A stretch of 64,000 nucleotides of DNA, taken from Octopus vulgaris. Lineage: Eukaryota. This document shows, piece after piece, positions 26,501-40,582 of the stretch. Location of the stretch: NCBI GenBank assembly GCA_951406725.2, contig OX597826.1:33294001-33358000 (forward strand), read 5' to 3'. The position numbers were made by a program, and so were the translations under genes. Position 1 is the first letter of the stretch. Each line of letters starts with the position of its first letter. The notes beneath the pieces were generated by a model. That model made no database searches. It worked only from the letters and a program-made list of their open reading frames with translations, and was not told the origin of the DNA.

Positions 26501-27584
26501 ATGCAAAATTGATCTCCACAAAGTTTGAAAACAGAGAACAAAGAACAAATAAACACCTGAGCTAACGCCCTAAAATTTCAATTAATTTACAGGCCACTGA
26601 GAAAGGTATTTCATTTATCAACCACTAAAATGCTGGGATTCAAAAAATGTGTCTCTGCAAGATTTGAACTCATAAAGCAAAGAACTGGCACCAATTCTGC
26701 CAGGTATTCTGTTCGGTGCCGAAATAACTTTACCAATTCTCTGTCGTTTGTCACATCAGAACATTGTAATCAGTTGGCATTTCTTGTTAATCTGCTTAAC
26801 TCATAAGATTTTGTTTCTTTTAACACAATTTTATTTGTATGAGAAACCATTCCATAGAATTGTCGAATAGCGCGAATAACAATAAATACGTTGAGATAAG
26901 CTTGTGCAATGACAAGTGAATATAATAAATCATTTTATTGGAACCGTTCATGGTGATAACATACCATGCACCATATATTTCAATAAGATATATTTTTAAC
27001 AATGCTTATAAATAAATAAAAAAATAAATAATTTCAACAACAGCAATAATAATAATGACAAGGGTAGTGGGTATTTCTGAATTCTGACAAAAATCTCTGA
27101 TAATCTGATAATCTCTAAAGGTACTTACAAATCTATTATAAAAAGAAACATGAACACCTTTGTAAAGTATGATTGCAAGATGACTTTTCCTTTTTTTAAG
27201 GAACAATTAAAAGTGCCAGGTATGGTTGTGTGGTTAAGGGGTTTGTTTCACAACCGGGTGATTTTAGGTTCAGTCCAATTGCATGGCACCTTGGGCAAAT
27301 GACTCTTACTATAGCCCTGGGCCAGCCAAAAGCCTTGTAAGGGAATTAGAAATTAGTAGGTGGAAACTGAAAGAAGCATGTATTTTGGTGGCTATTTAAA
27401 TGATTTGTTAGTGGGTGGTTAATGAGTTGGATCTGGCACTGAAGAAAGGGCAAGAACTTCTGAAATATGTATCTACACCCATTATCTATTTTTCTATCTT
27501 TGATTGCATATTTACATAGACGTATTCAAATATGAAATATATTTTTCAATGCTGGCTCTAATTTTTACAGAAAATCTGAAGAGA

Positions 27585-27757
27585 TAGGCGTAGGAGTGGC
27601 TGAGTGGTAAGTAGCTTGCTTATGAACTACATGGTTCTGGGTTCAGTCCCACTGCGTGGCACCTTGGTTAAGAGTCTTCTACTATAGCCTCGGGCCAACA
27701 AAAGCCTTGTGAGTGAGTTTGGTAGATGGAAACTGAAAGAAGCCTGTCGTATATATG

Positions 27758-27815
<58 letters not shown>

Positions 27816-28045
27816 GTGTATGTGTGTGTATATGTTTGTGTGTCTGTGTTTGTCCCCCCAACACTGCTTGACAACCGATGCTGGTGTGTTTACGTCCCCG
27901 TAACTTAGCGGTTCAGCAAAAGAGACTGATAGAATAAGTACTAGGCTTACAAAGAATAAGTCCTTGGGTCAATTTGCTTGACAAAAGGCAATGCTCTAGC
28001 ATGGCCACAGTCAAATGGCTGAAACAAGTAAAAGAGTAAAAGAAA
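27585..28045 (+). mobile_element. SINE family A
   Basis: GGCGTAGGAGTGGCTGAGTGGTAAG head through GAAACAAGTAAAAGAGTAAAAG tail. Confidence 0.88.
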
Positions 28046-28060
28046 CAACTTCATCATCAG

Positions 28061-28113
<53 letters not shown>

Positions 28114-28354
28114 CTTAACATCTATGTTCCAAGGGTTCAACAGACTGACAAGAGTCAAGGACTGCCCTGGGCAGCACATACTCCAGCCATGCCACTACAA
28201 CAAAATTCAACTCTTGTTACTCAGCAGGTTTTCATTTGAAGCATGCAAATAGTTGATATTAGAAAGAGAACCCAACAGTAGAAACCATGCCATGTAAAAT
28301 GTAGAAGTGCAATTGTGGTCACCTGCTCAAATACTGGGAAATAAATTGATAAAA

Positions 28355-28704
28355 TTGGTTTCAAATTTTGGCACAAGGCCAGTAATTTGGAGGAGTGGGT
28401 GAGTCGATTAAATCAACCCCAGTACTCAACTGGTACTTATTTTATTGACTCCCAAAAGGATAAAAGGCTAAGTTGACCTAGGTGGAATTTGAACTCAGAA
28501 TGTAAACATGGTGCAGGAGTGGCTGTGTGGTAAGTAGCTTGCTTACCAACCACATGGTTCTGTTTTCTGTCCCACTGTGTGACACCTTGGGCAAGTGTCT
28601 TCTACTATAGCCTTGGGCCAACCAAAGCCTTGTGAGTGAATTTGGTAGACAGAAACTGAAAGAAGCCCATCATATATAAATTACATATATGTGTGTGTGT
28701 GTGT

Positions 28705-28771
<67 letters not shown>

Positions 28772-29027
28772 TGTGTGTGTGTGTGTTTGTGCCCCCACCA
28801 TCACTTGACAACTGACGATGGTACATTTATGTTGCTGTAACCTAGCAGAATAAGTACTAGGCTCACAAAGAATAAATCCTGGCATCAATGTGCTCAACTA
28901 AAGGCGGTGCTCCAGCATGGCCACAGTCAAAATAACTGAAACAAGTAAAAGAATAAAAGAACAAAATGGCAAAATGCCGCTAAGCATTTTCCCCAGAATG
29001 CTAACGATTCTGCCAGTTCACAGCCTT
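28355..29027. mobile_element. SINE A (+, 28510-28960) nested inside SINE B (-)
   Basis: SINE B halves 28355-28509 and 28961-29027 flank a complete SINE A. Confidence 0.8.
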
Positions 29028-29047
29028 ACATAGATTGCTAATAATGT

Positions 29048-29345
29048 GTGGAGGCACATGGCCTAGTGGTTAGAGCAGCGAACTCGCGGTTGAGGAATCA
29101 CGGATTCAAATCTCAGACCGGGCAATGTGTGTGTTTATGACAGAAACATCTAAGCTCCACGCAGCTCCGGCAGAAGGTAATGGTGATCTTCTGCTTACTC
29201 TTTCGCCACAACTTTCTCTCACTCTTTCCTCCTGCATCTTGCAGCTCACCTGCGATGGACCGGCGTCCCATCCAGGTGGGAACCTATACACCAAGAAACC
29301 GGCCCTTATGAGCCAGGCATGGCTCGAGAAGGAACAAACAACAAA
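29048..29345 (+). mobile_element. tRNA(Arg-like)-derived SINE family C with 10-bp TSD
   Basis: A-box TGGCCTAGTGG, B-box GATTCAAATC, (AAC) tail; TSD CTAATAATGT at 29038-29047 and 29346-29355. Confidence 0.85.
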
Positions 29346-30335
29346 CTAATAATGTATTGTTACCAAAGTCATGGAGTATTTATGATATTTGTCTGTTATG
29401 CCTTTTGATATTGGGAAATATACAGATAATACTTAATCGGAGTCCTGTAGATTTTATAATATTATTCTGTTCATCATAATGCTATGTGTTTAATTATTGT
29501 GTTTTGAAGAACATTTATTATGAAATGTAACTAAAGACATAAATTGCAATATCTAAAGTTCAAGTGTTAGGCTTTAAATAGCCTTAACTATGGAACATCA
29601 AATGCAATCAAAATTTTTAAGAGAAGCGTTGAAATTTTAATGTTATATATAAAATAGCTCTATGTATTGAATAAAATATCAAAAGCTTAATGGAAATGGA
29701 TAGCTTAAATAGGTACAAGAGTTACAAATTTAATAACCTTAATTAAGGAACATAATCAAAGACATAATGAACATGTTTAACATAATGAAACACTTCTACA
29801 ACTAAGGTTTATATTTTTATGCTTCAAGGCAAAATAAAGAATGTTCTGGAAATATGGAATTTCCGGGGGTCCTGCTAATTGCTTTAAATCTGGCAATTTA
29901 CACATTTAGAATCAGTTTAACTCTTTGAAAATTTATTTGGAAAAGAATGACAGAACCAAATAGAAATCTACAAGGATTTCACTCAGCCAAAATTGTAAGT
30001 CTGGGAAAACAGATCTATAGACATGTTTTGGATGTGAAACCAGAAGAAAAAAAAAAGAAGAATTGTTGTTTATTTTATCAAGGGGAGTATTATATTCCCC
30101 TAAGGATTCCATCGACAGAACGCACTGGAACTGAAGACTTCATAAAAAAAATTCTATAATATGGTACAGTTCTTTTCTGTGCATGATGAAGTGAGGAATG
30201 GCTTGGTTCTGAAGGGAATAGATGAGAAGTAAGTGCCAATGCTAGTTTGATAAATGGTAAAAGATTTCTGATTTGGCATTCAAGGTCTCGTTTGAAGATA
30301 CAATTTCAAGATGGCCTGTAACTCAATGTGTGTGC

Positions 30336-30386
<51 letters not shown>

Positions 30387-30542
30387 TGCATGTGTATATA
30401 TGTGTACGTGGATGTCTGCATATGTGTATGTACAAGTTTCCATGTGTTTATGTGCATTGGCAGGTATTTTCTTAGTGTGTAATTGTGTGCTTTGGATGAA
30501 AGGAGTGAAGAAGTAGGAGTAGAGACAGATAAAAAAATATCT

Positions 30543-30574
<32 letters not shown>

Positions 30575-31145
30575 TAAAAAGAATTAGAGAGAGAGAGGAG
30601 TGAGTGAGAGAGTGAGAGTGAAACAGAGAGAAAGATAGAATAGAAAGTGGAAGGAAAAGAGGAAATAAGAAAGGTTAGATGAGTTATGTAAAAGAAAGAT
30701 GTTGGATGAGGAAGTGCTAAATGCCAAGAAATATAAAGTTAATAATGGTTGTAGTTATAGGTGTTATGGGAGGTTGCTGGAGACAGATCTTCTGCTGAAT
30801 CCTTACATCTCCCAGTTCCTCTGACACCAAATCCCCTGAACGAAAACAATTAGTCTTTGTCAGTTAATATAACCAAGGGACATGACATTAGTATACAAGT
30901 CAGAGTATTGTAAACACCAAAAATGTATATTAAATGCAGCATAGCAGTTTGGTAAGGGAAGGATGTCTTTGCGTGGTAAAATATTAAATCTAAGAGGATA
31001 ACAGTTCCTGGAGGGATTGCAGAGATCTGGTTTCAAATTGAACTAAATTTTAGAATGTAAAAGCTTGTAGATGAAAATCTAAGTATGAACATGTATTTAC
31101 TTATTACTCAATAATTTCTCATTTTAGTTTTAAATGTAAACAAAC

Positions 31146-31535
31146 AGGCTGCAGTGTGGTAAAAAGCTTGCTTTGCAACGACATAATTCTGGGTTCAGTC
31201 CCACTGTGTGATACCTTGGGCAAGTGTCTTCTACTATAGCCTTAGGTTGAATGAAGCCTTGTAAGTTTATTTGGAAGGCGCAAACTGTTGTGTGTGCGCC
31301 TTTGTGACTGGATTTGTCTCCTACCACTGCTTGACAACCAGTATTGGTTTGTTTATGTTTCTGCAGCTTGTGGTTCAGCAAAAAAAAAAAAAGCCTGAAA
31401 GCATAACTACCAGAATTAAATAAAAAAAAAAAAAAAGAAAATGCACTGGGGTTGATTTATTCGACTAAAAATGCTTCAAGTTGGTGCTCCAGCATGACCG
31501 CAGTCAATTGACTTGAACAAGTGAAGAACAAAAGA
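31146..31535 (+). mobile_element. SINE family A (older)
   Basis: Family A motifs. Confidence 0.75.
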
Positions 31536-31865
31536 TACGTAAACACACACTTGCACACTTACACACAGAGACATACAATGAAGAACGATTGAGTATTATA
31601 CATCTCAAGGCATAAAAATAGTTTTATAGTCAAAACTTGTTTGAAATTTTTTTTATATCTGTGTCATTTTATCGTCAAATATCTGTGAAATATTTTTTAA
31701 TAATCATGTTTGGCTGATTTCTGGCTTTCTTAGTCAAAATAGAAAACATGAAGAATTATTCCCACTATAGTCATGGAATTTCAGAAAGTATAGGCTAAAT
31801 GGTAAAACAAATATGAATACATACATATACACACATTTATATATGTGTGTGCATATGTATGTGTG

Positions 31866-31959
<94 letters not shown>

Positions 31960-31960
<1 letters not shown>

Positions 31961-32141
31961 GTCGGCGTTAGGAAGGGCATCTAGCCGGAGTGGTTGGCGT
32001 TAGGAAGGGCATCCAGCCGTAGAAACACTGCCAGATCTGACTGGGCCTGATGAAGCCTTCTGGCTTCACAGACCCCAGTTGAACGTCCAACCCATGCTAG
32101 CATGGAAAACGGACGCTAAACGATGATGATGATGATGATGA

Positions 32142-32143
<2 letters not shown>
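31960..32143 (+). mobile_element. RTE 3' end inserted in (TA)n, with a short 5' duplication
   Basis: GGCGTTAGGAAGGGCATC twice, then CCAACCCATGCTAGCATGGAAAACGGACGCTAAAC(GAT)n. Confidence 0.85.
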
Positions 32144-32182
<39 letters not shown>

Positions 32183-32224
32183 TATATATACTAAAAACTA
32201 ATCCATTCTTGTTGCTTCTTTCTC

Positions 32225-32316
<92 letters not shown>

Positions 32317-33644
32317 CAGTGAGCTGGCAGAAACATTAGCACACAAAATGCTTAGTGCTATTTTGTCTGTAAGAGCAAACTAAGATACATATCACTGTTG
32401 TCATCATCATCATCGTCGTCGTCGTCATCATGATGTAGTTAGCATAATTGTCAGCATCTATTTTCCATGCTGGATGCTCTTGCTGTCACCAATCCTGAAC
32501 TTCTTTTTCCAAGCAAAACAATATTTCCCCATCACAAGACATGTTTTCATGGAAGATTGGGAGTGAATAACACACTGCTTGCATGACAGTGACACTCATT
32601 TACAACTAATACTTTATGCCAATATAACGAGGCACAAACACACACACAACACACACACACACGCACAACACACAATACATACTCACATTCATGCATACAC
32701 ACATAGAGGCATACATTCTATGTTTTACTTCCTTCACTCATTGGACTGTGGCCTTCATGGGGTACTGCCGTGATGGGTTTAGTCAAGCAAATTGACTAAA
32801 CACACACATATATACATATACATGGCCATATATGTACACACATACACACCCACATATACACGCGCACACACACACACACACACTCACAAATACATATACA
32901 CACATGATCGGCTTCTACACAGTTTCTGTCTACCAAATTTACTCACAGTGTGTTATTCAGTCAGTAAGAGACACTTGCTCAAGATTCACAGCAATGGAAC
33001 TGATCCTGAAACCCCATGGTTGGGAAGAAAAATTCTTAACCACGACAGTAATGCAAAGACAAATAGATAAACTGATAAAAAGAGAATAGGAGAGGGTAAG
33101 AGAAAAATCAATTGACTCCTGTGCTTGAAATGATACTGTATTTATCGACCCAGAAACAATAAAAGGCAAAACTGACCTTTGTGTGATTCAAACACAGAGT
33201 GCGAGAACAAGTGCTATAATGCATTCCATGTGAGGCTCTGATGCCTTTACCAGTTTGCCATTTGGTAGAAGCTTTATACAATATTAAATATATTGGTAGT
33301 AGCAGAGGAGCAATAAAAAGTCTGTATTCTGAGAAGTTAAATATAAACTTGTTGATAAAGGAATTTTTGTCAATTTTTTTTCTATTTTTCCTTCATAGTG
33401 ACTTCCATTTTTGTTCTGGTGGTGCTGGTGGTGGGACAAATATTTTAGTTTTCTTTCATAATTTATTTAAAAAATTTTCTCACTTTTAGCATAGGTGTAA
33501 AAAGTAATTTGATGTCTGTTGCGTATATACATAAAACACATATATAGAAAAGCAATGACTTTGCTTACATGTATATATACATACTTAAACACACATACAC
33601 ACACACATATGCATATGTATATACTTATATATATATATATATAT

Positions 33645-33802
33645 ATATACATACATACATCATCATCATAATATACAGATATACATGGTCACATGTATAT
33701 ATGTATATATATATATTAATATATATATATACATACATACATCATCATCATAATATACAGATATACATGGTCACATGTATATATGTATATATATATTAAT
33801 AT
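33645..33802. repeat. Two-copy tandem duplication (~78 bp)
   Basis: CATACATACATCATCATCATAATATACAGATATACATGGTCACATGTATATATG repeated. Confidence 0.9.
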
Positions 33803-33836
33803 TATAAATAAATAAATATATATTTATAAAAATGAA

Positions 33837-33884
<48 letters not shown>

Positions 33885-34093
33885 TATGTGAGTATATATA
33901 TCTATTTATATATGTATGTATATATATTTATATATGCATATATATATATATGTGCATGTAAATGTGTGTGTATATGTGTGTGTACATATACATACTTACA
34001 TGCATACATACATACATACATACATACATACATACATACATACATACATACATACAAGCATATATATATATATATATAAATTTATACATATGT

Positions 34094-34135
<42 letters not shown>

Positions 34136-34639
34136 GACAGCTTTAAACTTTTTAAATTTTTTGCAGCTTAAATTCTTACCTATGCTGGAGGTAACCTATT
34201 GATTGCTTCACAATTCACTTTGTATGGTTTATAAATAAATACACACATACCTATACATATATGTGTATATAAACATGTGTTGTGTGCATGTGTGGCTTAT
34301 GAAAAACACGACTATGTTCCAGCTTCATATTTTTATTAAAGATATTTTGTATTTTTGCATAAATATTTTGCAGTTTTGTTGGAACAATATGTATAATCCA
34401 TAATCAAAGTTTCTAGACTTTCTCCGACTTATTATCAGGATAGTAATTGTATTTTTAATAAAACATACATTCAACCTATTTGAGCCTCTCACTGCCCAGT
34501 TTAAGATTAACAATTGCTTTCTCTTTTCCTTCTGTCATGACTTTTGTTTTATGGTTTATATGATGGCTTCTCAACTCTGTTTAACATTTCTAGCAGTCTG
34601 GCTTCAGTTTTGGCAAGTATAAGTTAGTCTCTGAACAAA

Positions 34640-34935
34640 TTTGAACAGATGAATGAATGGTAGAAGATGACAATCACTGAACATTGTGAAAAAATGAAAA
34701 GCTCTATTATGGCCACATTCGAAGAAGCAGAAGTTTGGAAAACTTTACCTTGAAAGGAAGATTAGAAGGTAAGAAAATCAAGAGGCAGGCAAAGAATGCA
34801 GTGGATGGACAATATCATGAATTGGTTGGATGAAAGTGGAAAAGACAGCAGCTGGAGAACTTGCGCTTGATGGGCAAAGACCTTCATTGCAGTGTCATTA
34901 ATGTGCCACAGGCATATGGCAGATGACAACGACAA
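34640..34935 (+). mobile_element. Old RTE/BovB-type LINE C-terminal fragment
   Basis: YYGHIRRSRSLENFTLKGRLEG..(frameshift)..KSRGRQRMQWMDNIMNW. Confidence 0.75.
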
Positions 34936-35015
34936 TATAGAAAAGCCTTTCTCCATGTATAGAAATATATATATATATACACGTCTGTCTGTGTGCATAT
35001 ATATAAATATGTGCA

Positions 35016-35080
<65 letters not shown>

Positions 35081-35124
35081 GTATATCTATCTATCTGTCT
35101 ATTTATCTATCTGTCTGTCTGTCT

Positions 35125-35581
35125 GTCAGTTTTAGTCATTAGACTGTGGCCATGCTGGGGCACTGCCTTGAATTCTTAGTCAAATCAGTCAACCCCAGGT
35201 ACTTATTTTTTAAGCCTGGCACGTATTTTATCAGTCTCCTTTGCTGAACCACTAAGCTAAGGGGAAGTAAACACACCAACACCGGTTGTCAAGTGGTGAT
35301 GGGAGGAGGACAAACAGACAAACTCACATAGATAAATATAAATATATATATGATGGGATTTTTTCAGTTTCTATCTACCAAATCCACTCACAAACCTATA
35401 GTAGATGACACTTGCTCATGGTGCCACATAGTTGGACTGAACCCAGAACTCTGTGGCTGGGAAGCAAGCTTCTTACCACACAACCACTCCTGCACCTATA
35501 TATATACACATATACCTACAAATGTGTTTGCATATATATATAAATATGCATATGTATATGTAGATATGTATGTAATGCATA

Positions 35582-35640
<59 letters not shown>

Positions 35641-35878
35641 TGTTGGCGAGCTGGCAGAATCGTTAGCATGCCAGTCAGAATGCTTATTAGTATTTCATCT
35701 GCCGCTATGTTCTGTGTTTAAATTCTGCTGAGGTCGACTTTGCCTTTCATCCATTTGGGGTCGATTAAATAAGTACCAGTTACGCACTGGGGTCGATATA
35801 ATCAACTTAATCCATTTGTATGTCCTTCTTTCTCCTCTCTGTGTTTAGCTCCTTGTGGGTAGTAAAGAAATAGGTACT
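35125..35878. mobile_element. SINE A (-, 35125-35495) and SINE B (+, 35645-35878)
   Basis: Family motifs. Confidence 0.8.
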
Positions 35879-37857
35879 AGTATTATTATAGTTGTTGGAG
35901 TTGGTTGTACTCATTGCTGTTGCAGTGTTGCCATTGTTGATATTGTTGCAAAACGTGCACAGATGTGCACGCAAACACGTGCATTGCTTAGCAGGGAAGA
36001 TGTTTACAATTACCATCTAATGTTCTTCTCTCTTTCCAAGCAGACCCACAGACCCTGAAAAAAATATATAATTAAAAAAAAGGCCAAAAAATAAAATAAC
36101 ATTACAGAAATGGAAGCTAAACGAAACTGCATCTAACCAAACCATAAAATAAACAAATAGACAAACAAATAAATCACTCAACTCAGAAATAAAAACAAAT
36201 CGCTCTTTCTTCACCTCATCTCATTCACCTTCACCTCACTTCATCAATTAAAATTGAGATTAATTAAAGGGAGCTTTTAGTTTCTGCTGTTGTCAGCTGG
36301 TTTCAAACAAAGGCTTTGTGATGGAAACTTTGTCGGTGCAATCAGTCGCCACAGCCAAACTCCGTGAACATAGAGACTATTTGTTGCCGAGCATATGTTT
36401 CTGGTTTTTAATTGTTTCATAATGCATGTTCCATATTGGTCCTCACTTGCCACTACTGCTACTACTACTACTACTACTACTACTGCTGCTGGGCACCCCT
36501 CCCACCACCCCGGTCTGCTGCTCTACGGCTGGCTGTGAGTTATAATAATGATTGCTTCACATCATCACGGGTTTACTTATTAATTTTTTTAATTTTCTTT
36601 CTTATTTTCTTTTTTTTTTGCACCCCATTAAAGAATATCAATACCCTTTACTATTGTTATTATAACTTTCGACATGCACCACTTAACAACGGTTGAGAGG
36701 GTTTCAAGTCTTTGTGCAAACTCCTCCTCCCAATCCTCCCCTTCCGCCCTGCTTCCCCTCCTCCTCCTTATATAATTTTATTCTTTTGTTATTTTTTGCA
36801 TTTGTTTTCCTGGTGTATTGTTGTCGGTTGTGGTTTATTCTCCTTGTTGTTGTTACCGTTGTTGTTGTTGTTGTTGTTGTTGTTAGTAGTAGTAGTGATC
36901 GTATGGTCCTCAATGGTATCGATGTTGTTGTTGCTGTTGTTGTTGCTGTCGTAGTTGATGGTGATATTCGTGACAGTAATGTTGCTGGCAATAATACTGT
37001 TGTAAGTGTTGTTGTTGTAGGTGCTGGTGATATCGCTGCTGATGTTGGTGATGCTGGTGGCGATGGTAGTGATGTTGTTGTTGGTGGTTGTGGTGAGGTG
37101 AAGTGGGAGGAAGATACTAGACGAAGGAGACTTTGTATTGTTTATTAAAATGTTAATTGTTTTCTTTTCTGTTGTCATATAAAAGGAAATGTGCCTATGT
37201 GTATATATACATCAGCATCTGTGTTCTTATATGTGTATGTATGCATGCATGTATGTATGTATGTATGTATGTATGTATGTATGTATGTATGTATGTATGT
37301 ATGTATATATGTTTGTATATATATGGATGGGTGGATGTATATATTTGTGGTTGTGTGTGCACATGGACATATGTGGTTTAGTGGTTAGGGGTGTTGCAGT
37401 AACGGTTGTAAGATTGTGGTTTCAATTCCTGGACTGGGTTTTGCATTGTTCTTGAGCAAAACACTTTCAAATTGCTCCATTCTACTCAGCTGGCAAATGT
37501 GTGTATTCCTGAAATGGACTAGTGTCCCATCCAGGTGGAATATATACACCACTGATTTCAAGAAACCAATCTTAAGAGATTGGGGCTCTTGAAGGACCTT
37601 TGATTCCCACTTTGTTTCTGTGTGTGTATATACATACATTAGTATTTGTGTTTTTACATATCTGTCTGTATGTGTGTGTGTGTGTGTGGGGGAGATACAT
37701 ATATCTGTACTTGTGTTTGTATACATGTGTATGTACATATGTGTGTAACAGTATGTTGGTATGTACAACTGTGTGTGTGTGTGTGTGTCTGTGTGTGCAT
37801 GTGGCTGTGTGTATATGTGTGTAAATACATACATCTACATTGCTTGTGTGTATACAA

Positions 37858-38077
37858 ACGAGGGGGTGGTGAACAGTTCCTAGCTTTAAAGGTATTGCAA
37901 AAGACCAGGCTGGAGACACAACCTTCCAGGTTCTTTTATAGGACTTAGAAAAAGTGGAGGACCACAGCAATAAGTGTGTGAATCTGAGACAGGGATATGT
38001 TGAATAAAATCAAAATTAATTGATCCTCCTGGATTTTCTTTTACCCAAAGCCTGGAACTTTTCAGCACCCCTTGTAT
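37858..38077. mobile_element. Mariner-derived MITE
   Basis: ACGAGGGGGTGGTGAACAGTTCC / GGAACTTTTCAGCACCCCTTGT TIRs; homologous to 4035 and 50299. Confidence 0.75.
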
Positions 38078-38155
38078 GCATTGATGTGTATATGCATGTG
38101 TTGGTTGTTGGTGGGTAGATGAACCAGGAGTGTATGTATGTGGATGTGTGTGTAA

Positions 38156-38188
<33 letters not shown>

Positions 38189-38195
<7 letters not shown>

Positions 38196-38246
38196 TTATA
38201 ATTAGGGCTTAGCAAAGATTTGCTGAGCCCTAATTATAAAATATTA
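38189..38246. repeat. Near-perfect palindrome, 28-bp arms
   Basis: TAATATTTTATAATTAGGGCTTAGCAAA-GA-TTTGCTGAGCCCTAATTATAAAATATTA. Confidence 0.95.
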
Positions 38247-38469
38247 GTTAAATTTACCGAGAAATGGTCCCGTTTCATGCCAAATTCTACTTGGTGAAAT
38301 TATTGATTACTAGTTAATTAATTAATTTTACCCTTTGTTATTATATATCTAAATATATATATATACTTATGTATATATGTATATATATGTATATATATAC
38401 ATATATATATATGTATATATATATGAATATATATATGTATATATATGTATATATATATATGTGTATATA

Positions 38470-38557
<88 letters not shown>

Positions 38558-38762
38558 TATGTAAGTGTAACTCAAGAAGATGGTATGAACAAGCTTTGAT
38601 CCAAATTACGATTGTTTCTGTGAAATAACATCAGGTGGTAATTCCTGAATGTTTCACATATCATACACATTCTTGCATTAATATTATCCAACATATATGT
38701 ACAGTTTGATGTTGTAAACAGGAAAAATTGAACTCAAAACATGTGTGTGTGTGTGTGTGCAC

Positions 38763-38804
<42 letters not shown>

Positions 38805-38837
38805 TAATCAAAATAAAAACATGATGCCAAGGATTCA

Positions 38838-38915
38838 GCGGTACATATGTTTCAGGCCTTTATTAGACGGATTTATAACAATGCATAATGTATGTCTGTG
38901 GCCTTCTTCAGCCGC
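38838..38915 (-). ncRNA. Type-I hammerhead ribozyme, canonical core
   Basis: GCGG-CTGAAGA-AGGCC...GGCCT-GAAAC-ATAT-GTA-CCGC. Confidence 0.8.
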
Positions 38916-40339
38916 GCACAACAACTTCCACAAGGACATGTATTACATCAAAAATTCTTGGTTGGGGATGCAAATCCTCTCATTCGCGTACGACATAATG
39001 CGGCAACAGCATAAAAATGAAGTGTCCATCTCGTTCTTCTCTCAATGTAGAATGAGAAAATTTGGATGTTGAAGTAATGTAGATTAATTAATAAATAAAT
39101 AAATATATACATATATAAATATATAAATGCAGACAGACGTGAAGGAACCTGGTAATAAGAGTAAGTAGAGATAAAGGTGGAGGGGCGAGAATTCAGGACG
39201 AAGGATAAAAAATATATAAAAAGTGTAAGTATAGAAAAATATAAAAATGTAGAGTATAAAGATATAAAGAGATATATATATGCGCATGTGTGTATGTGTA
39301 TATGTGTATCTGTATAGGTTTACACGTGAGTACGTATGTATGTTTATATGCTTGTGGCTGGGTATGCGTGCATATATGTGCGCGTGTATATGGGTGTATG
39401 TATCCATGCGGGTACGTATGTACAAGATGACCACTTAATACGTTACGAAGAACTAGAGGAACTAGATAAGCTGCTCAACAACTCTGATTTACAATACACT
39501 AAGTCCCCAGACGCCCCTGTTGATTTATGACACCCAAGACTTCTACAACCAGAATTTGTCATTTCCCTGACCACCATCAGTAAATGTGTTTACTGTGAAA
39601 ATCCTTAAATATATAGCCTGTACAGAGAGTTATTCGTCGGAGAGCAGTGCTTACCATGCGTTGATAATAGGCAAATACCTTGAAACCTGGTCCGTATGTA
39701 GCATCCGCGTCTTCTGGGAATGATCTCCCTTTGCAGGCTAGAGGACACTGAGATGGTGTCAACCCTCCTGGTGACGTTGATGATCGCCTGGGGTTAAATG
39801 CATCAGTAACACCCCCACCGCCCTGCCCTGTCCCTAGCCACATTCAGATGGCTGATGCCCCTTATGTTACTATATATCCCTTATCCTTATATTCTTTTAC
39901 ATTTTTTATTATTTTTATTTCTATTTTTATTTTTATAACTTTATACCTTTATATTCATTTATATTTTTTTATATTTTTTATATCTCTTTATATCTTTATA
40001 CTCTACAATTTTATATTTTTCTATACTTACACTTTTTATATATTTTTTATCCTTCGTCCTGAATTCTCGCCCCTCCACCTTTATCTCTATTTACTCTTAT
40101 TACCAGGTTCCTTCACGTCTGTCTGCATTTATTTATTTATATATGTATATATTTATTTATTTATTAATTTATCTACATTACTTCAACATCCAAATTTCCT
40201 CATTCTACATTGAGAGAAGAACGAGATGGACACTTCATTTTTATGCTGTTGCTGCATTATGTCGTACGCGAATGAGAGGATTTGCATCCCCAACCAAGAA
40301 TTTTTGATGTAATACATGTCCTTGTGGAAGTTGTTGTGC

Positions 40340-40417
40340 GCGGCTGAAGAAGGCCACAGACATACATTATGCATTGTTATAAATCCGTCTAATAAAGGCC
40401 CGAAACATATGTACCGC
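40340..40417 (+). ncRNA. Type-I hammerhead ribozyme (mirror copy)
   Basis: GCGG-CTGAAGA-AGGCC...GGCCC-GAAAC-ATAT-GTA-CCGC. Confidence 0.72.
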
Positions 40418-40531
40418 TGAATCCTTGGCATCATGTTTTTATTTTGATTAATTTACTCCACCACCTACACCACCAAACGGTATATACAGGTGCTTACAAT
40501 TATCAAGTACTCACCCCGAATTTCTGTACTC

Positions 40532-40582
<51 letters not shown>

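Larger units (their letters stand above)
38801..40535. mobile_element. Large inverted-repeat element (PLE pseudo-LTR-like), 476-bp arms 38801-39276 / 39979-40454
   Basis: Arms nearly identical; (TA)n on both sides; each arm carries an HHR. Confidence 0.85.

Noticed and set aside
25706-26548. Long poly-Asp / poly-Met / poly-Ile ORFs (also 14462-15052 and 11774-12442)
   Set aside because: Translations of (GAT)n-type repeats that are open in several frames; the start lies in a SINE tail.
27436-27478. CTGAAGA...GAAATATGTA hammerhead-like string (similar partial strings near 40699 and 47980)
   Set aside because: Stems I and II do not pair convincingly; possibly a decayed copy but not supportable.
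29048-29125. tRNA gene candidates (also 13430-13500, 47275-47345, 55200-55270)
   Set aside because: They continue into SINE bodies and lack intact acceptor stems, so they are SINE heads.
30760-31090. Possible decayed GIY-YIG fragment on the minus strand (also a coding-like stretch at 55570-55900)
   Set aside because: Motifs are too degraded to call by eye.
38821-39072. Duplicated 83-aa ORF (mirror at 40183-40434)
   Set aside because: A result of the inverted repeat; antisense to the HHR and without protein features.
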